64,000 bases of DNA from an uncultured Actinomycetota bacterium (GTDB lineage Bacteria; Actinomycetota; Actinomycetes; JACCUZ01): the NCBI GenBank assembly GCA_963771345.1, contig CAVYTH010000018.1, forward strand, positions 7,335 to 71,334. The letters run 5' to 3'. Below are positions 43,686 through 56,921 of this stretch, piece by piece. Numbering within the stretch: position 1 is the stretch's first letter; each line of letters begins with the position of its first letter. The position numbers and the translations under genes were made by a program. The notes below the pieces were generated by a model that did no database searches, was not told the DNA's origin, and was given only the letters and a program-made list of their open reading frames with translations.

Positions 43686-45413
43686 CGATCTCGGCCGCGC
43701 GGCCCGGCGCCACCGGTGCCCTGCGCACGCGCAACAAGGGCAACACCGTGGTCCGCTGGGTCACCAGCACCGACCACAAGGTGATCGGCCAGCTGTACCT
43801 CATCACCTCGTTCGTGTTCTTCCTCGTCGGCGGCCTGATGGCCATGGTGATGCGGGCCGAGCTGGCCCGGCCCGGCAACCAGATCGTCAGCAACGAGCAG
43901 TACAACCAGCTGTTCACCATGCACGGCACGATCATGCTGCTGCTGTTCGCGACGCCGCTGTTCGTCGGGTTCGCCAACGTGATCATGCCGCTGCAGATCG
44001 GCTCGCCGGACGTCGCGTTCCCGCGGCTGAACATGTTCAGCTACTGGCTGTTCCTGTTCGGCGGGCTGATCGCGATGGCCGGCTTCCTCACCCCGGCGGC
44101 GCGGCCGCCTTCGGCTGGTTCGCCTACGCGCCGCTGAACAGCGAGATCTACTCGCCCGGCGTCGGCGCCGACCTGTGGATCATGGGCCTGGCGCTGAGCG
44201 GCTTCGGCACGATCCTCGGTGGCGTCAACTTCATCACCACGATCTTCACCATGCGCGCGCCGGGCATGACCATGTTCCGGATGCCGATCTTCACCTGGAA
44301 CATCCTGCTCACCAGCGTGCTGGTGCTGATGGCGTTCCCGGTGCTGGCCGCCGCGCTGCTGGCGCTGGAGGCCGACCGCCAGTTCGGCGCGCACATCTTC
44401 GACCCCGCCAACGGCGGCGCGATCCTGTGGCAGCACCTGTTCTGGTTCTTCGGCCACCCCGAGGTCTACATCATCGCGCTGCCGTTCTTCGGCATCGTGT
44501 CCGAGGTCCTGCCGGTGTTCAGCCGCAAGCCGATCTTCGGCTACAAGGGCCTGGTCTTCGCCACCATCGCGATCGCCGGCCTCTCGGTCACGGTCTGGGC
44601 GCACCACATGTTCGCCACCGGCGCGGTGCTGCTGCCGTTCTTCTCGTTCATGACGTTCCTCATCGCGGTGCCGACCGGTGTGAAGTTCTTCAACTGGATC
44701 GGCACGATGTGGCGCGGCTCGCTGACGTTCGAGACGCCGATGCTGTGGTCGATCGGCTTCCTGGTGACGTTCCTGTTCGGCGGCCTCACCGGCATGATCC
44801 TGGCCTCGCCGCCGCTGGACTGGCCGGTGTCCGACACCTACTTCGTGGTGGCCCACTTCCACTACGTCGTGTTCGGCACCGTGGTGTTCGCGATGTTCGC
44901 CGGCTTCTACTTCTGGTGGCCGAAGTTCACCGGCCGGATGCTCGACGAGCGGCTCGGCAAGATCCACTTCTGGACGCTGTTCATCGGGTTCCACATGACG
45001 TTCCTGATCCAGCACTGGCTGGGCGTGATCGGCATGCCCGCGGCGGTACGCCGACTACCTGCGCCAGCGACGGCTTCACCGGCGATGAACATGTTCTCGA
45101 CGATCGGGTCGTTCCTGCTCGGCGCGTCCACGCTGCCGTTCGTCTACAACGTCATCAAGTCGCATGAAGGGGCCGAAGGTCACGACCGACGACCCGTGGG
45201 GCTACGGCCGGTCGCTCGAGTGGGCGACGTCCTGCCCGCCGCCGCGGCACAACTTCACCGCGCTGCCCCGGATCCGCTCGGAGTCGCCCGGCGTTCGACC
45301 TGCACTACCCGCACGTCGCCGCGATGGACCAGCCGACGGAGAACAAGAACCTGCTCGACCAGGCGCTCGGTGAGCCCGACCTCGAGGGCGGCACCGGAGG
45401 TGAGCGTCGATGA
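43682..45413 (+). CDS. ctaD: Cytochrome c oxidase subunit I (frameshifted)
   Basis: [30 protein letters not shown]. Confidence 0.96.
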
Positions 45414-45807
45414 AGGTCGAGGGCTGGCTGTTCGCTGCCGGGTTCTTCTTCTTCGCGCTGGCCGGGGTCGTCTACTGGGTGCTCGTCCGAGGAGCCGGTC
45501 GGCACCGTCGCGCTGGGGTTCACGGCCGGGCTGGCCTTCCTGACCGGCTACTACCTGCTCTTCACCGCCCGGCGGATCGACCGGCGGCCCGAGGACATGG
45601 TCGACGCCGAGATCGCCGACGGCGCCGGTGAGCTCGGCTTCTACAGCCCGCACAGCTGGTGGCCGCTGCCGGTGGCGTTCTTCGCGGCGATGGCGTTCCT
45701 CGGCATCATCTTCGGCTGGTGGCTGTTCATCATCGGCGCCGTCGGCGGCGGGCTCGTCGGTGATCGGTTTCGTCTTCGAGTACTACCGGGGCGAGCCCGC
45801 CCACTGA
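45410..45807 (+). CDS. ctaF: Cytochrome c oxidase subunit 4 (frameshifted)
   Basis: [12 protein letters not shown]...[25 protein letters not shown]. Confidence 0.9.
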
Positions 45808-45903
45808 GGCGCCGGAACTGGTCCCCCTCCGGGGCTACAGGCCGACCCCCTGCCTTGCCGATTCGTTACCAAACGTCTCCGCGGACAATTGGACGGACGC
45901 GGG

Positions 45904-45930
45904 GCAACCGGTCAGACTGATGAGGCGTCT
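45904..45930 (+). promoter_or_regulatory. Putative sigmaE-type promoter of the L,D-transpeptidase
   Basis: GCAACC-N16-CGTCT. Confidence 0.65.
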
Positions 45931-45968
45931 TCCTCGTCAGGAGCGTCGGCGCCTGCGAGGAGGAGTCT

Positions 45969-47215
45969 GTGGGGGTTCGGGGCGACCTGCGGGTCGGGGG
46001 AGCGCGCGTGCGACGCCGTTCGCGCGTGCTGCTGTGCACCGTCGCGGCCGCGACGGCCGCTGGCGCTGGTCGCCGGCTGCAGCTCGTCGGGCAACCCCAA
46101 CGCCCCCGCGGCCCAGGCTGCCGACGCGACCGCCCCGGCCGTGTCCCGCGCGTCGATCGACCTCCAGCCCGCCAGCGCCTCGCTGGACGTGCCCGTGGAC
46201 CAGCCGGTCGTGGTCACCGCCACCGACGGACGCCTGTCGTCGGTCACGCTGACCGACGAGAAGGCCCGCGTGGTCGACGGCGAGCTCTCCGCGGACGGGA
46301 CCACCTGGACCTCCACCGACCCGCTGCGGGTCGCCGACCACTACCGCGTCGTCGCGGCCGCCGTCGACGCCGAGGGCGTCGGCGTCGAGCGCACCGGCTT
46401 CTTCGCCACGCTCGCGCCGCGCAAGGTGATCGAGACCTCCATCTCGCCGCTCGGCGGCCAGTCGGTCGGCGTCGGGATGCCGATCATCGTCCGGTTCAAC
46501 GCGAAGATCCGCGACCGGGCCGCCATCGAGAAGGCGCTGGTCGTCACCAGCTCGAAGCCGGCCGAGGGCGCCTGGAGCTGGGTCAGCGACGAAGAGGTGC
46601 ACTACCGGCCCAAGGCGTTCTGGCCGGCGTACTCCAACGTCAAGCTCGACGTCGACATCAAGAACGTGCACGCGGGTGGCGGCGTCTGGGGCATGGCCAA
46701 CCGCACCGTGAAGTTCCGCACCGGCTCGTCGATGATCAGCGTCGTCGACGTCGACCGCCACACCCTGACGGTGTGGCGCAACGGCAAGAAGGCCCGCGTG
46801 ATCCCGGTCAGCACCGGCAAGGACGGCTTCCTCACCCGCAACGGCACCAAGGTCATCCTGGAGAAGCACACGCTCAAGATCATGGACGCCAGCACGATCG
46901 GCATCTCGCAGAGCGACCCCGAGTACTACCGCATGGAGGTCCCCTACGCGATGCGGGTGACCTGGAGCGGCGAGTTCGTGCACGCCGCCCCGTGGTCGAC
47001 CGGCGAGCCAGGGCCGCGACAACGTCAGCCACGGCTGCGTCGGCATGAGCATGTCCAACGCGATCTGGCTGTTCAACCAGTCGACCGTCGGTGACGTCGT
47101 CAAGGTGAAGGGCTCGCCGCGCACGCTCGAGCCGGGCAACGGCTACACCGACTGGAACGTCTCCTGGAGCGACTGGCTGGCGGGCAGCGCCCTCCAGGGC
47201 TCGGCCGCCAGCTAG
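45969..47215 (+). CDS. L,D-transpeptidase lipoprotein with Ig-like domains (frameshifted)
   Basis: LVAGC lipobox, VGVGMPI, HYRP..FWP, PVSTGK, FVHAAPWS...NVSHGCV catalytic motif. Confidence 0.92.
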
Positions 47216-47262
47216 GCGGTCCCGCCTGCATCCACGGCCCTGCCGCGGGCAGTAGGGCCGGT

Positions 47263-48649
47263 GTGACACCCCGAACCCGTCCGTCGCCGTCGCCGTGCTC
47301 ACCCGCGACCTGCGGGTCCACGACAACCCGACCCTGGTCGGTGCCGTGGACGCAGCGGACACCGTGGTCCCGCTGTTCGTCCTGGACGACGCGATCCTCC
47401 GGTCCGGGTTCAACCGCCCCAACCGGGCGCGCTTCCTGCTCGAGTGCCTGCGCGACCTGGACGCCTCGCTGGCCGCCCGCGGGGCCGGCCTCGTGGTGCG
47501 CCGCGGTGACTGGGTGCGCGAGGTGCTCGCCGTCGTCGAGGCAGACCGGGGCCACCAGCGTGCACGTGGCCGGCGACGTGACCCGGTACGCCCGCGGCCG
47601 GGTCGAGCGGCTGGCTGCCCGGCTCGGTGCCGACGTCGAGCTCGTGGTGCACGACGGGACGCTGTTCGTCGTGCCGCCGGGGGACGTCACGGCCACCGGC
47701 AAGGACCACATGGCGGTCTTCACGCCGTACTTCCGCCGGTGGCAGCGCGAGCCGACCCGGGACCTCGCGCGGACGCCGCGGGCGCTGCGCCTGCCGGACG
47801 GGCTCGCCCGGGGCCGGCTGCCGGCCGTCGACGCGCTGGCGGCCGGTGAGCTCTCGCCGGACGTGGTGCCCGGCGGCGAGACCGAGGGCCGGGCCCGGAT
47901 GACCCGGTGGCTGCGGGCCGGGCTGCCGGCGTACGAGGACGACCACGACGCACTCGGCAACGACAACACCAGCCGGCTGTCGCCGTACCTGCATCTCGGC
48001 GCCCTGTCGCCGCTGGAGCTGGTGCGGCGGGCGGGGGAGCGGGACAGCGCCCGCCGCCGACGCGTTCGTCCGGCAGGTGGCCTGGCGCGACTTCTACGCC
48101 CAGGTGCTCGCCGCGCGGCCGCAGGTGACCACCGAGGACTACCGCTCGCGCGGCGACCGCTGGCACCGCAGCGCCGAGGAGCTCGAGGCCTGGAAGCAGG
48201 GCCGGACGGGCTACCCGATCGTGGACGCCGGCATGCGCCAGCTCGCCCGGGAGGGCTGGATGCACAACCGGGCGCGGCTGATCGTCGCGCACTTCCTGTG
48301 CAAGACGCTGTACATCGACTGGCGCGAGGGGGCGCAGCACTTCGTCGACCTGCTGGTCGACGGCGACGTCGCGAGCAACACGATGAACTGGCAGTGGGTG
48401 GCGGGCACCGGCACCGACTCGCGGTTCAACCGGGCGTACAACGTGGTGCTGCAGGCGCGCCGCCACGACCCGCGCGGCACGTACGTCCGGCGGTACGTCG
48501 AGGAGCTCGCCGGTCTCGACGACGGCTACGTGCACGAGCCGTGGCTGCTGCCCGAGGACGACCGCGAGAAGCTCGGCTACCCGGCCCCGATCGTCGACCA
48601 GGACGACGCTCGCGACCGGATGCGCAAGGTCCGCTCTCAGACCACCTGA
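47263..48649 (+). CDS. Cryptochrome/DNA photolyase family protein (frameshifted)
   Basis: RDLRVHDNP, TSRLSPYLHLG, WKQGRTGYPIVDAGMRQL, MHNRAR, DWREG, NWQWVAG. Confidence 0.92.
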
Positions 48650-50146
48650 CGCTGCGGCTGCTCGGCGGCGGGGGCGATGTTGCGGGCCATGCCGCCGAAG
48701 ACGATGCCGTGGAACGGGGCGACGGCCCACCAGTAGACGTGGCCGAGCAGGCCGCGCGGGTGGAACAGCGCCCGCTGCACGTACGTCGAGCGGCCGGCCG
48801 ACGTCGGGTCGGTCTCGACGCCGAGCTCGAGCCAGGCCAGGCCCGGCAGCCGCATCTCGGCCCGCAGCCGCAGCAGCCGCGCCGGGCTCGACGCTCCTCG
48901 ACCCGCCAGAAGTCGAGCGTCTCGCCGACGTAGACGTGGTCCGGGTCGCGGCGGCCGCGGCGCAGGCCGACGCCGCCGACCAGCCGGTCCAGCAAGCCGC
49001 GGACCCGCCAGGCGAGCGGGAACGAGTACCAGCCGTTGTCGCCGCCGATGCCCTCGACGACCCGCCACAGCGCCGTCGGGGGAGGCGTCGACGGTGCGGC
49101 GCCGGTCGGTCGTGGTAGAGGCTGCCGCCGGCCCAGTCCGGGTCGGTGGGCAGCGGGTCGCTGGGCGCGCCCGGCACCGACGCCGACGACCAGCGGGTGG
49201 CGACCTCGGCGTCGCGGATGCGCTGCAGCGCCAGCCGGACCGAGCTCGTCGAACCCGAGCAGGCCCTCGGGCGGGTCCGGGACGTAGCTCGGCGATGTCG
49301 TGCTCGCGGCAGACCACCTCGTTGCGCAGCGACTCGACCAGCGGCCGGGCGATGCGCGTTCGGCACCGGGGTGACCAGGCCGACCCAGTGGCTCGACAGC
49401 CTCGGCGTGAGCACCGGGACCGGGACGATCAGCCGCCGGCGCAGCCCGGCCACCCGCGGCGTAGCGCTGCATCATCTCGCGGTAGGTCAGGACGTCCGGG
49501 CCGCCGATGTCGAAGCTGCGGTTGACGTCGGCCGGGCAGCCCGGCGGCCGCCGACCAGGTAGCGCAGCACGTCGCGGACCGCGATCGGCTGGATCCGGGT
49601 GTCGACCCAGCGCGGCGTGACCATCACCGGCAGCCGCTCGGTGAGGTAGCGCAGCATCTCGAACGACGCCGACCCCGAGCCGATGATGACCGCGGCCCGC
49701 AGCACCGCCGTCGGCACGCCGGAGGCCAGCAGGATCTCGCCGACCTCGCTGCGCGCGAGCGCAGGTGCGAGCGACAGCTCGTCGGCCGGCCGTCGGGGGC
49801 CAGGCCGCCGAGGTAGACGAGGCGGCCGACGCCCGCCTCCTGCGCCGCGGCGCCGAAGGTGCGCGGCCGTCTCGCGGTCGGTGCGCTCGAAGCCCGGCCG
49901 TGCCGAGCGCGTGGATCAGGTAGTAGGCGACGTCGACGCCGGCCATCGCCGCGCGCAGCGACCCGGCGTCCGAGGCGTCGGCCTGCGACGATCTCGACGT
50001 CGACCGGCCCAGGGCTGGTCGCGCAGCTCGTCGCGGGTGCCGGGCCATGACCGCGGACCCGGTGCCCGGCGGCGAGCAGCTCGGGCACCAGCCGGCCGCC
50101 GATGTAGCCGGTGGCGCCGGTGACGAGGCAGAGCGGCCCCGGGTCA
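48637..50146 (-). CDS. NAD(P)-binding SDR-like protein with DUF2867 domain (frameshifted; start approximate)
   Basis: LVTGATGYIGGRL, IIGSGSASFEMLRYL, GIGGDNGWY, LRAEMRLPG.AWL, HGIVFGGM. Confidence 0.88.
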
Positions 50147-51744
50147 GTGGTGACCGCTGGACTCCAGCTCGTGGACCTCGGCGGGCGTCGGCGGCTCGAC
50201 CCGGTCCTCGAAGTAGAAGCGCGACACCCGGGCCCGGATCTTCGACGCGAGCAGCCGTCGGCGCGGTACGCCGTTGGCGTCCGTGGTCGGGCCGACCTCG
50301 TGCGGCGCCTGGACGTGGTGCTGGGTGAGCTCCCACTTCTTGGCGTCCGAGATCGGCTCGTGCACCTCGATCATCTCGCCGTGCGGCAGCCGGACGATGC
50401 GCCCGGTCTCGCGGCCGTGCAGGACCAGCTCGCGGTCGCGGCGCTGCAGCCCGAGGCAGATGCGCTTGGTGACGACGTACGCCAGCGGCGGGATCACGAA
50501 GATCCCGATCCGGAACGTCCAGGTGATCGCGTTGATGGACAGGTTGAACGTGTAGGCGATCACGTCGTTGGCGCCGACGCCCAGCAGGATCAGCCAGGTC
50601 GAGATCGCCAGCACACCGAGACCGGTGCGGGTCGGGGCGTTGCGCGGCCGGTCGAGGACGTGGTGCTCCTCGTTGTCGCCGGTGACCCAGCGTTCGATGA
50701 ACGGGTACAGCGCCAGCGGCGTGAACATCAGGCCGGGGATGATCAGCGCCGGGCCCGATGACGTTCCACGGGAGGGTGAAGCCGAACAGATGGGTCTCCC
50801 AGTTCGGGAACAACCGCAGCGCGCCCTCGAGGAAGCCCATGTACCAGTCCGGCTGCGAGCCGGCAGAGATCTCCCCAGGGTTGTAGGGCCCGAACAGCCA
50901 GACCGGGTTGATCGCCACGAACGCGGACAGCAGCGTCGTCACGCCGAACGTGATGAAGAAGAAGCCGCCCGCCTTGGCCGTGTAGACCGGGAAGAAGGGG
51001 TAGCCGACGGCGTTCTTCTCGGTCCGGCCGGGCAGCGGGTACTGGGTGTGCTTCTGGTACCAGACCAGCATCAGGTGCACGGTGATCAGCGCGAGGAAGA
51101 TGCCGGGGATGAGCAGCACGTGCACGGTGAACAGCCGCGGGATGATGTCCTCGCCCGGGAACTGACCGCCGAACAGGAAGTACGTCACGTAGGTGCCGAC
51201 CACCGGGAGCGACAGCAGCACGCCCTGCGGTGATCCGCAGCCCGGTGCCGGAGAGCAGGTCGTCGGGCAGCGAGTAGCCCGCCAGGCCCTCGATGAAGCT
51301 CAGCGTCAGCAGGATGACGCCGATGATCCAGTTCGTCTCGCGCGGCTTGCGGAACGCGCCGGTGAAGAACACCCGGGCCATGTGCACGACCATCGCGGCG
51401 ACGAAGATCAGCGCCGCCCAGTGGTGGATCTGCCGGATCAGCAGGCCGCCGCGGACGTCGAAGGAGATCTCCAGGGTCGAGGCGTAGGCCTCCGACATCT
51501 CCAGCCCCTGGAGCGGGACGTACGAGCCGTCGTACACGACGATGCCGCTGCTCGGCTTGAACCACAGCGTCAGGAAGACGCCGGTCAGCAGCAGGATGAT
51601 GAAGCTGTAGAGCGCGATCTCGCCCAGCATGAACGACCAGTGGTCCGGGAAGATCTTGCGCGCGCTGCGCTTGACGAAGTTGGCCGAGCCGTACCGCTCA
51701 TCGAGCTCGTTGGCGGTCTTGCCGGCGATCCGCTCGAGTGCCAT
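50144..51744 (-). CDS. qcrB: Cytochrome bc1 cytochrome b subunit (frameshifted)
   Basis: [39 protein letters not shown]. Confidence 0.96.
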
Positions 51745-52797
51745 CAGGCGTTCCCCCGTTCCCAGAAGCTGGGGCCGACCGGTTCCTGGAAGTCCTCGCT
51801 GGACACCAGGTAGCCCTCGTCGTCGACGCCGAGCGGCAGCTGCGGCAGGGGTCGCGACGCCGGACCGAAGATGACCTTGCAGTCCCGCGTCACGTCGAAG
51901 GTCGACTGGTGGCACGGGCACAGCAGGTGGTGGGTCTGCTGCTCGTAGAGCCCCACCGGGCAGCCCAGGTGCGTGCAGATCTTGGAGTAGGCCACGATCC
52001 CGTCGACCGCCCAGCCCCGCTCCTTCTCGTCGACGATCTCGTCGGGCTCCAGCCGGATCACGATCGTGGTCGCCTTGGCCCGCTCGTCCAGGTGGTGCGG
52101 CATCTCGTTGACGCCCTCGGGCTGCACGTGGATCACGCCGCCGATCGGCACGTCGGAGGCCTTGATCGGCCGGCCGGTCGGGTCGGTCACGAGCCGCTTG
52201 CCGGGCCGCCAGGCGGTGTTGGTGAGGCTGGCGCCGGGCAGCGGGCCGAGGTCGCGCAGCGGGATGATCGCGAGCAGCCCGAGCGGCGCCATGGCGCCGA
52301 GCAGGCTGTTGCGGATCAGCTTCCGGCGGCCCAGGCCGGCGCCGGCGGCACCCTCCTTCGATCGCGGCGACGGCCTCCGCGCGGTCGTCGTCGCTGGAGC
52401 GCATCGGCTTGCGCTCGCTCGACGATCTCGTCGTCGGGCATCAGGGTCTTGGCCCAGTGGATGGCCCCGACACCGATGCAGGAACAGCGCGATCCCGAGG
52501 CCGAGCGCCGAGCAGCTTGGTCGAGAGGCCGACCTGCTCGAGCATCTCGTCGCCCTCGGCGCCGGCCGGCTTGATCGCGAAGTACGCGACGATGAACAGC
52601 AGCGTGCCCAGCGTCGAGAGGCCGAAGAAGGTGGCCACCTCGCGCTCGCGGCGCTGCGCGGCCTTGGGGTCGATGTCGGAGCGCCGGTAGACGTGCGCCG
52701 GCAGGCCGGGGTTGCGGTAGCTGGTCGCCAGCTCGCCGCCGTGGCCGTCGGAGGTCGCGACGTCGGTGCCGGCCTCCGAGGTCCCCTCGGCACCCAT
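51744..52797 (-). CDS. qcrA: Rieske iron-sulfur subunit (frameshifted)
   Basis: [37 protein letters not shown]. Confidence 0.95.
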
Positions 52798-52894
52798 CAG
52801 GCCGAGTTCGACGAGTCGCTGGCAGCGTCAGCCGTTCCGCACCTTCCCTTCCCTCGGCTCGCCGGCTGGATGCGGCCCTGGTCCTGGTCCTGTG

Positions 52895-53729
52895 TCATCG
52901 GGCCTTCGCCCCCAGCCAGACGGCGCAGCCGATGAGCGCGCCGATGCCGACCAGCCAGCCGACGGCGCCCTCGGACACCGGCCCGATCTTGCCCAGGGCG
53001 AGCGCCGCCGGGCGACGGCTCGGCCGACGTGGTCTTGAGGAAGCCGATCACCGCGCGCTTCTCCTCGGGCGTCATCGTCTTGTCGCCGAAGACCGGCATC
53101 GACTGCGGCCCGGTGAGCATGGCCTCGTACATGTGCCGGGCAGTCGTGTCCTTCAGCGACGGTGCGAACTTGCCGCGGGTGAGCGCGCCGCCGGAGCCGG
53201 CGAAGTTGTGGCACATCGCGCAGTTGGTGCGGAAGATCTCGCCGCCCAGCGGCGATGTCGGCGTCGGAGTAGTCCAGGTCCTCGTCGGTGGGGACCGCGG
53301 GGCCGGGGCCGAGGGAGGCGACGTAGGCGGCCAGCGCCTCGATCTCCGCGTCGGTGAACTCGACCCGCTTGCGGCTCGACCTGGGCGCCGAGCTGGGCCG
53401 CGGGCATCCGCCCGGTGGCGACCTGGAAGTCGACCGAGGCGGCTCCGACGCCGACCAGGGACGGGCCGTCGCTGGTGCCCTCGGCGTTGAGGCCGTGGCA
53501 GCTGGAGCAGTTCCGCAGGAACAGCGCGCGCCCTTCCTCGACCGACTGCGCCGACGTCGTCACGGCCGCCTCCGCGTCGGTGGTCGGTGCCAGCGGCGGC
53601 GTAGGCGCCGCCCATGGTCCCGAGCGCCAGCAGCAGCAGGACCACCGGCGCGAGGCGGTGGCGACGGCGGCGCGACAGCGCGCCGAGCGCGGCCAGCGGC
53701 TTGCTGAGTCGGGTCACAGGCTCGCTCAC
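52895..53729 (-). CDS. qcrC: Diheme cytochrome c subunit (frameshifted)
   Basis: CSSCH and CAMCH heme motifs, [19 protein letters not shown]. Confidence 0.95.
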
Positions 53730-54339
53730 TTCAGCAGGTAGATGGTCGCGAACAGGCCGATCCACACGACGTCGACGAAGTGCCAGTAGTAGGACACGAC
53801 GATCGCACTGGTCGCGTGGCCGTGGGTGAAGCGCTTCGCCGCGTAGGTGCGGCCCAGCACCAGCAGGAAGGCGATCAGGCCGCCGGTGACGTGCAGGCCG
53901 TGGAAGCCGGTGGTCAGGTAGAAGACCGAGCCGTAGGCGTTGGACGAGAGCGTGAGCCCGTCGGCGCTGACCAGCGTGGCGTACTCGTAGACCTGGCCGC
54001 CGATGAAGAACGCGCCCATCAGGAACGTGATGATGAACCACATCCGCAGCCGGACGACGTCGCCCTTCTCCGCCGCGAACACCCCGAGCTGGCAGGTGAA
54101 CGAGGACAGCACCAGGACCGTGGTGTTGAGCGTCGAGAACGGGATGTTGAGCAGCTCGGGCTCGGTCTCCCACAGCTCGGGGCTGACCGAGCGGATCGTG
54201 AAGTACATCGCGAACAGGGCCGCGAAGAACATCAGCTCCGACGAGAGCCACACGATGGTGCCCACGGCAGTCGCGTCCGGCCGGTTGGCAGGGACGTGAC
54301 TGGGCCTGGTTGACGCTCCTGCGCTGCTGCTGTCGCCAC
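53726..54339 (-). CDS. ctaE: Cytochrome c oxidase subunit III
   Basis: [33 protein letters not shown]. Confidence 0.95.
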
Positions 54340-54426
54340 GGACGGCATTATTGCGGTCCGGGCGCCGGAGGGCACCCCCGACCCCCCGACCGGGCGCGGC
54401 GGGTTCCCCGACGTACTCTCGGAGAC

Positions 54427-55411
54427 GTGCTGACGACCCCTCGGCTGGGCCTGCTGGCCCACGGGGGGGCCGGCGAGGACCTCGCGCCCGCTGGGCCTCG
54501 GGCAGCTTCCTCACGGCCTGGGAGCTGGCGTGGCTCCCGATCGTCGGCGTGCTGGCCGTCGGGGGCCTCTACCTGTACGGCGTGCACCGGCTGCGAGCCC
54601 GCGGCGACCGCTGGCCGGTCGGCCGGGTCGTCGTGTTCGTGGGGCTCGGTCTGGGGCTCGTTCCTGTTCGCCACCACCTCCGCGCTGGCCGTCTACGACA
54701 CCACGCTGTTCTGGGCGCACATGGTCCAGCACATGGTGCTGGCGATGCTGGTGCCGGTGTTCCTGGCGCTCGGCGCGCCGATCACGCTGGCGCTCCGGAC
54801 GCTGCCGCCGCGCGGCCGCCAGCGGCTGCTGGCGGTGCTGCACAGCCGGGTGGCCCGGGTGCTGACGCTTCCCGGTCGTGGCCGGCGTCCTGTTCGTCAC
54901 CACGCCGTTCGCGCTGTACTTCTCCGGCTGGTACGAGGCGACCCTGCGCAACCCGGTGCTGCACGAGCTCAACCACGTGCACTTCGTGCTGGTCGGCTGC
55001 CTGTGGTTCTGGCCGATCCTGAGCGTGGACCCGCTGCCGAACCGGATGCCCTACCCGCTGCGGCTGCTCGCGGTGTTCGCGACCATGCCGCTGCACGCGT
55101 TCCTCGGCGTGGCGATCATGACGCTCGTCGACGGTCATCGCCGCGGACTGGTACCTCGCGGCTGGACCGGCACTGGGGCCCCAGCCCGCTCGACGACCAG
55201 CACCTGGGCGGCGGGCTGCTCTGGGCCAGCGGCGACCTCGTGTCGCTCGTCGTCCTCGGGGCGCTGTTCCTGCAGTGGGCGCGGGCGTCGGAGCGCGAGG
55301 CGGTCCGGGAGGACCGGCGCCTCGACCGGCTGGACCGCGAGCGCGACCGGGAGCGCGGAGCGGGAGCGGGACGCGCAGGCGGCGGCCGAGCCTCCCGCGC
55401 CGGGTCGGTAG
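54427..55411 (+). CDS. CtaG/Caa3-type cytochrome c oxidase assembly protein (frameshifted)
   Basis: [38 protein letters not shown]. Confidence 0.88.
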
Positions 55412-55421
55412 CATCGCGAGC

Positions 55422-55837
55422 GTGACCGAGCCCGCCGAGCCCACCATGACCGTCCTCGTCTACAGCGACGACGTCGACACCCGCGAGCGGGTCAAGCAGG
55501 CGATCGGCCGGCGGCCGGCGGCCGACGTACCCCGGGTGACCTGGCTCGAGTGCGCCACCGTCGGCGGCGGTCATCTCCGCGCTGGACAAGGGCGGCGTCG
55601 ACGTCGCGATCCTGGACGGCGAGGCCACCCCGTTCGGCGGGCATGGGGATCGCCCGGCAGGCCAAGGACGAGATCTTCCAGTGCCCGCCCATCGTGGTGC
55701 TCACCGGCCGCGTCACCGACAGCTGGCTGGCGAACTGGTCCCGGGCCGAGGCCGCGGTGCCGCACCCGCTCGACCCGATCGAGCTGGCGAAGGCGGTCGC
55801 CGACCTGATGCGCCGCCGCGCCGAGCTCACGGCCTAG
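55422..55837 (+). CDS. Stand-alone receiver-like protein (Rv3143 family), frameshifted
   Basis: VLVYSDD..TRE.V..AIGRRP, ILDGEATP.GMGIARQ.KDEI..CPP, WLA.WSRAEA. Confidence 0.85.
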
Positions 55838-55846
55838 GTCCCCGCG

Positions 55847-56902
55847 GTGGACACGGGGCCGGCCAGCCCGACCTGGCCCGGGCTGCTCACGACGCTGCTC
55901 GGCGGCACCGACCTGACCTCGGCCGACACGGCCTGGGCGATGGAGCAGGTCATGCTCGGCGAGGCCACGCCGGTGCAGGTCGCGGGCTTCGTGGTCGCGC
56001 TGCGCGCCAAGGGCGAGTCGCCCGAGGAGGTCACCGGGCTGGTGCGCGCGATGCTGTCGCTCGCCGCCCGGATCGAGGTGACCGGCCCGGCGGTCGACAC
56101 CTGCGGCACCGGCGGCGACCGCGCCAACACCGTCAACATCTCGACGATGTCCGCGATGGTGGTCGCCGGCACCGGGGCCCGGGTGGTCAAGCACGGCAAC
56201 CGCTCGGCGTCGTCGGCCTGCGGCTCGGCCGACCTGCTCGAGGAGCTCGGCGTGGTCGTCGACCTCGAGCCGGCCGCCGCCCTCGACTGCCTGGACCGCA
56301 CCGGCGTGACCTTCTGCTTCGCCCCGAAGTTCCACCCCGCACTGCGGCACGCGGCGGTCCCGCGCCGCGAGCTCGGCGTCCCGACGATCTTCAACGTGCT
56401 CGGGCCGCTGGCCAACCCGGCGCAGCCCTCGGCGCAGGCGGTGGGCTGCGCCGACCCGCGGCTGGCCGGCGTGATGGCCCAGGTGCTGGCCGACCGCGGC
56501 GCGTCGGCGCTGGTGTTCCGCGGCGACGACGGGCTGGACGAGCTCACGCCGACCACGACCTCGCAGGTCTGGGTCGTGCGCGACGGCGCGGTCAGCACCG
56601 AGCAGGTGGCGCCGGAGGACGTCGGGCTGGACCGGGCGGCTGCCGGATCGCTGCTCGGCGGCGACCGCGCCCACAACGCCGAGGTCACCCGGCGGTTCCT
56701 GGCCGGCGAGACCGGCCCGGTGCGCGACGCGGTGCTGCTCAATGCCGCGGCGGCCCTGGTCGCTCTGGAGCCCGGGTCGGGTCCGCTGGCCGAGCAGCTG
56801 CGCGACGGGCTGCGGCGGGCCGGCGAGTCGGTCGACAGCGGTGCGGCAGCGCGAGCGCTGGCCGGCTGGGTCGAGACCAGCCGGGCCGTCGCCGGCCGCT
56901 GA
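55847..56902 (+). CDS. trpD: Anthranilate phosphoribosyltransferase
   Basis: [45 protein letters not shown]. Confidence 0.97.
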   Translation: MDTGPASPTWPGLLTTLLGGTDLTSADTAWAMEQVMLGEATPVQVAGFVVALRAKGESPEEVTGLVRAMLSLAARIEVTGPAVDTCGTGGDRANTVNISTMSAMVVAGTGARVVKHGNRSASSACGSADLLEELGVVVDLEPAAALDCLDRTGVTFCFAPKFHPALRHAAVPRRELGVPTIFNVLGPLANPAQPSAQAVGCADPRLAGVMAQVLADRGASALVFRGDDGLDELTPTTTSQVWVVRDGAVSTEQVAPEDVGLDRAAAGSLLGGDRAHNAEVTRRFLAGETGPVRDAVLLNAAAALVALEPGSGPLAEQLRDGLRRAGESVDSGAAARALAGWVETSRAVAGR

Positions 56903-56921
56903 CCGGCGTACCGGCTGGTGG

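Noticed and set aside
42334-45543. 1069-aa Aat-CtaC-CtaD fusion; likewise the 673-aa ORF 30413-32434 and the 458-aa Lrp ORF
   Set aside because: Artefacts of indels joining frames; separate starts, RBSs and stop/start overlaps are visible
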